DNA of 24,000 nucleotides from contig NZ_LT700189.1 in assembly GCF_900155425.1 (NCBI RefSeq), positions 465,787 to 489,786 on the forward strand. The letters are read 5' to 3'. Below are positions 21,866-24,000 of the stretch, piece by piece (positions within the stretch are counted from its first letter, which is position 1; each line of letters begins with the position of its first letter). Made by a program: the position numbers and the translations under genes. The notes beneath the pieces are model-generated. The model saw only the letters and a list, made by a program, of their open reading frames with translations, searched no databases and was not told where the DNA came from. The DNA comes from Parabacteroides massiliensis. GTDB taxonomy: Bacteria > Bacteroidota > Bacteroidia > Bacteroidales > Tannerellaceae.

Positions 21866-24000
21866 ATGAATAAATACTATTTATTAGTATCACTCCTTCT
21901 GTCCTCTTCTGTCATGGTGTCTGCCGGACCCAAACAGAAGAAGGCGGAAACGTGGATTGATGCCTCAGTCAAAGCTAAAACGGAATTGCAGGCAAAACTG
22001 AAGAAATCCGGAATGCCCGTCATCTCTACTTGGATGAAGCACAAGGCGAAAGCCGAGCCCTTCGTGGTAGACCTGAAAGGGGTGGATAAACTGGTGCTTG
22101 TGACAGCCGGAGGTCCCGACGGTACGGACTACGACCAGGCGGTATGGGCGAATGCCCGTTTGATTAAAGCCGATGGTACAGCCGTATGGTTGGACGAAGT
22201 TCCTTACGAATATGGTGTTGCAGGTTGGGCGAAACCCAAGATGAACACGAACGCATACGATCATGAGATCGTGATTGCCGGAAAGGAATACAAACACGGT
22301 GTGTTCTGCCATGCAAACGGTACGTTAGTGTATCCGGTGGGTGGCCAGTATGTCCGTTTTGAAGCCGAAGTCGGTATCGACGACACGTCGAGCGGCGGAA
22401 GCGTATTCTTCCAGGCATTGAATACGGTTCCGACTTTTGTGGCAGAAGAACTGAATGCTAAATATCCGGAAGAGATCGGGATGCTGGGTGCCGTGCTGGA
22501 CGGCCTGGACACCTGGTTGATCACCCCGGATGCTTCTGTTGAAAAACAGGCTGCGGATAATGCGATCTCCCGGTTGAAGGACGGAGCGTACTATTCGAAT
22601 ATAGCCAAGCAGATCGATAACGAAAAAGATCTCGACACGCAGATACATAAATATCTCGAACTGGTAGAGAAAGTACAGGACGTGTATACGCTTCAGTGCG
22701 ATTTGGAATGGCTGAACGTGGAAGCCGTCAAATTGGCTTTTGCCGATATGAAAAAGCAGAAAGGCTATGATGCCGCCAAATATGAACCGATGCTGAACGA
22801 GCTGGTCCGTCTCGAGAAGAAAGGTTTCAACGGTATCTATAACGGAGACGAACAGGCCACAGCCGATGCCAAGAAAGCGTTGGAATGCAAACGTGCCATC
22901 TTGCTCGCCAACCCGTTGCTGGATGCCGACAAGATCGTGGCTGCCCGCTTCAAAGTAGGTTCGAAAGCCCACCAGATCATGACACCTTCCTTGGGTACGC
23001 AGGCCAACAACTGGAGTAACCAGGAGTCTGCCGGCCGTTCCGGTTTCGATGCCGAGATCGTCGAACTCTCCAACCTGCGTGGCGATATACAGATGCGCCA
23101 GGTCTACAAACCGAAGAACGGTTCGTCCATCGCCGACCTCAAACTGCATTGGAACGGAGACCGCGTGATGTTCACACAGACACAGGACGACAGGCGTTGG
23201 AACATCTATGAAGTGAATCTGGATGGAACAGGCTTCAAGCCGCTTGTGGAAAACGACGAGCCGGATCTGGAGTTCTACGATGGAACTTACCTGCCCGACG
23301 GCCGTGTGATCGCCATCTCCAATATCGGATACCAGGGCGTTCCCTGTGTGAACGGTAGCGATGCGGTCGGTAACATGGTGCTCTACAACCCGAAGGACAA
23401 GAGCATGCGCCGTCTGACATTCGACCAGGATGCCAACTGGAACCCGGTCATCATGAATAACGGCCGCGTGATGTACACCCGTTGGGAGTACACCGACCTG
23501 ACCCACTATTATTCCCGTATCGTGATGCACATGAACCCTGACGGAACGGAAAACAAAGCTCTCTACGGCAGCGGTGCGATGTTCCCGAACAGTACGTTCG
23601 ACGTGCAGCCGTTGCCCGGCCACGGTTCGGCTTTCGTCGGCATCATCTCCGGCCACCACGGTGTGGCACGTTCCGGCCGTCTGATCGTCTTCGACCCGAC
23701 CAAGGGACGTAAGAGCACTGCCGGCATGGTACAGGAAATCCCTTACCGCAACCGTCCGGTCAAGGAAGAGATCAAAGACCGGCTGGTGGATGACGTATGG
23801 CCGCAGTTCGTCAAACCGACTCCGCTGAACGACAAATACTTCCTGGTGGCAGCCAAGTTGGATCCGCATGCCTTGTGGGGACTTTATCTGGTCGATGTCT
23901 ACGACAACGTGACCTGTCTGATGCAGGCTGAAGGCGAAGGCTATATCAGCCCGATCCTGGTACAGAAGACGAAGACACCTCCGTCCATTCCCGACCGTGT
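21866..24000 (+). CDS. Secreted protein with a circularly permuted NPCBM-like domain plus a beta-propeller (TolB/PD40- or HzsA-N-like); 3'-truncated by the window end
   Basis: Not in the supplied track because it has no stop inside the window. I translated it codon by codon from ATG 21866 to nt 23998 and found no stop. Signal peptide 'MNKYYLLVSLLLSSSVMVSAG'. NPCBM-like 'AGWAKP...IAGKEYKHGVFCHANGTLVYPVGGQYVRFEAEVGIDDTSSGGSVFFQ'. Also 'GRVMYTRWEYTD' and 'DGRVIAISN'. It starts 29 nt after the upstream same-strand gene. Confidence 0.75.
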   Translation, partial: MNKYYLLVSLLLSSSVMVSAGPKQKKAETWIDASVKAKTELQAKLKKSGMPVISTWMKHKAKAEPFVVDLKGVDKLVLVTAGGPDGTDYDQAVWANARLIKADGTAVWLDEVPYEYGVAGWAKPKMNTNAYDHEIVIAGKEYKHGVFCHANGTLVYPVGGQYVRFEAEVGIDDTSSGGSVFFQALNTVPTFVAEELNAKYPEEIGMLGAVLDGLDTWLITPDASVEKQAADNAISRLKDGAYYSNIAKQIDNEKDLDTQIHKYLELVEKVQDVYTLQCDLEWLNVEAVKLAFADMKKQKGYDAAKYEPMLNELVRLEKKGFNGIYNGDEQATADAKKALECKRAILLANPLLDADKIVAARFKVGSKAHQIMTPSLGTQANNWSNQESAGRSGFDAEIVELSNLRGDIQMRQVYKPKNGSSIADLKLHWNGDRVMFTQTQDDRRWNIYEVNLDGTGFKPLVENDEPDLEFYDGTYLPDGRVIAISNIGYQGVPCVNGSDAVGNMVLYNPKDKSMRRLTFDQDANWNPVIMNNGRVMYTRWEYTDLTHYYSRIVMHMNPDGTENKALYGSGAMFPNSTFDVQPLPGHGSAFVGIISGHHGVARSGRLIVFDPTKGRKSTAGMVQEIPYRNRPVKEEIKDRLVDDVWPQFVKPTPLNDKYFLVAAKLDPHALWGLYLVDVYDNVTCLMQAEGEGYISPILVQKTKTPPSIPDR

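Noticed and set aside
22325-23869. 514-aa minus-strand ORF from the track
   Set aside because: It lies fully antisense to a better-supported + strand gene (signal peptide, domain motifs, operon context). Its translation is featureless and R/H/V/D-rich, typical of a shadow ORF in GC-rich coding DNA.

Overview
The window looks like a Bacteroidales-type (Bacteroidota) chromosome segment: leaders are A-rich with no Shine-Dalgarno sequence, TAnnTTTG -7 boxes are present, there are many lipoprotein signal peptides, and DUF5009/DUF6078-type genes occur. All protein family calls come from motifs I recognise by eye or from memory; no searches were run.

Layout:
(1) nt 1-2408 is an AT-rich module (about 35-37% GC in lines I counted, against about 50-60% elsewhere) of three overlap-coupled genes. 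They encode a Csx1-type HEPN RNase (its 5' end is probably outside the window), a Csx20-like mini-protein and an SF1B RecD/Dda-like helicase.
(2) nt 2503-4766 holds a convergent hipBA toxin-antitoxin pair and a DUF6078-like gene.
(3) An AT-rich junction carries three 14-bp palindromes phased exactly 22 bp apart.
(4) A + strand block has two tandem DUF5009/HGSNAT-like membrane acyltransferases, L-serine dehydratase and a GH43 lipoprotein, closed by a clean intrinsic terminator.
(5) A TetR-TolC-HlyD-ABC-ABC-ABC2-ABC2 efflux operon (YbhGFSR-like) is split between TolC and HlyD by a ~650-bp composite palindromic repeat.
(6) An IclR-led five-gene cluster of unknown function encodes a beta-propeller::di-haem CCP/MauG fusion, an FkbO/Hyg5-like chorismatase, a Cys-rich lipoprotein cupin and a permuted-NPCBM/beta-propeller protein. 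The last gene runs off the window and is missing from the supplied ORF track.

Most interesting signals:
- the HEPN/Csx20-like/helicase module;
- the IclR redox cluster;
- three families of heptanucleotide tandem repeats (TCATAAA, AGAATTG, GAAAGGT) at nearly every gene junction, which place stop codons in all reading frames;
- a 29-bp inverted repeat inside a permease gene, whose single mismatch is exactly the base that avoids an in-frame TGA.
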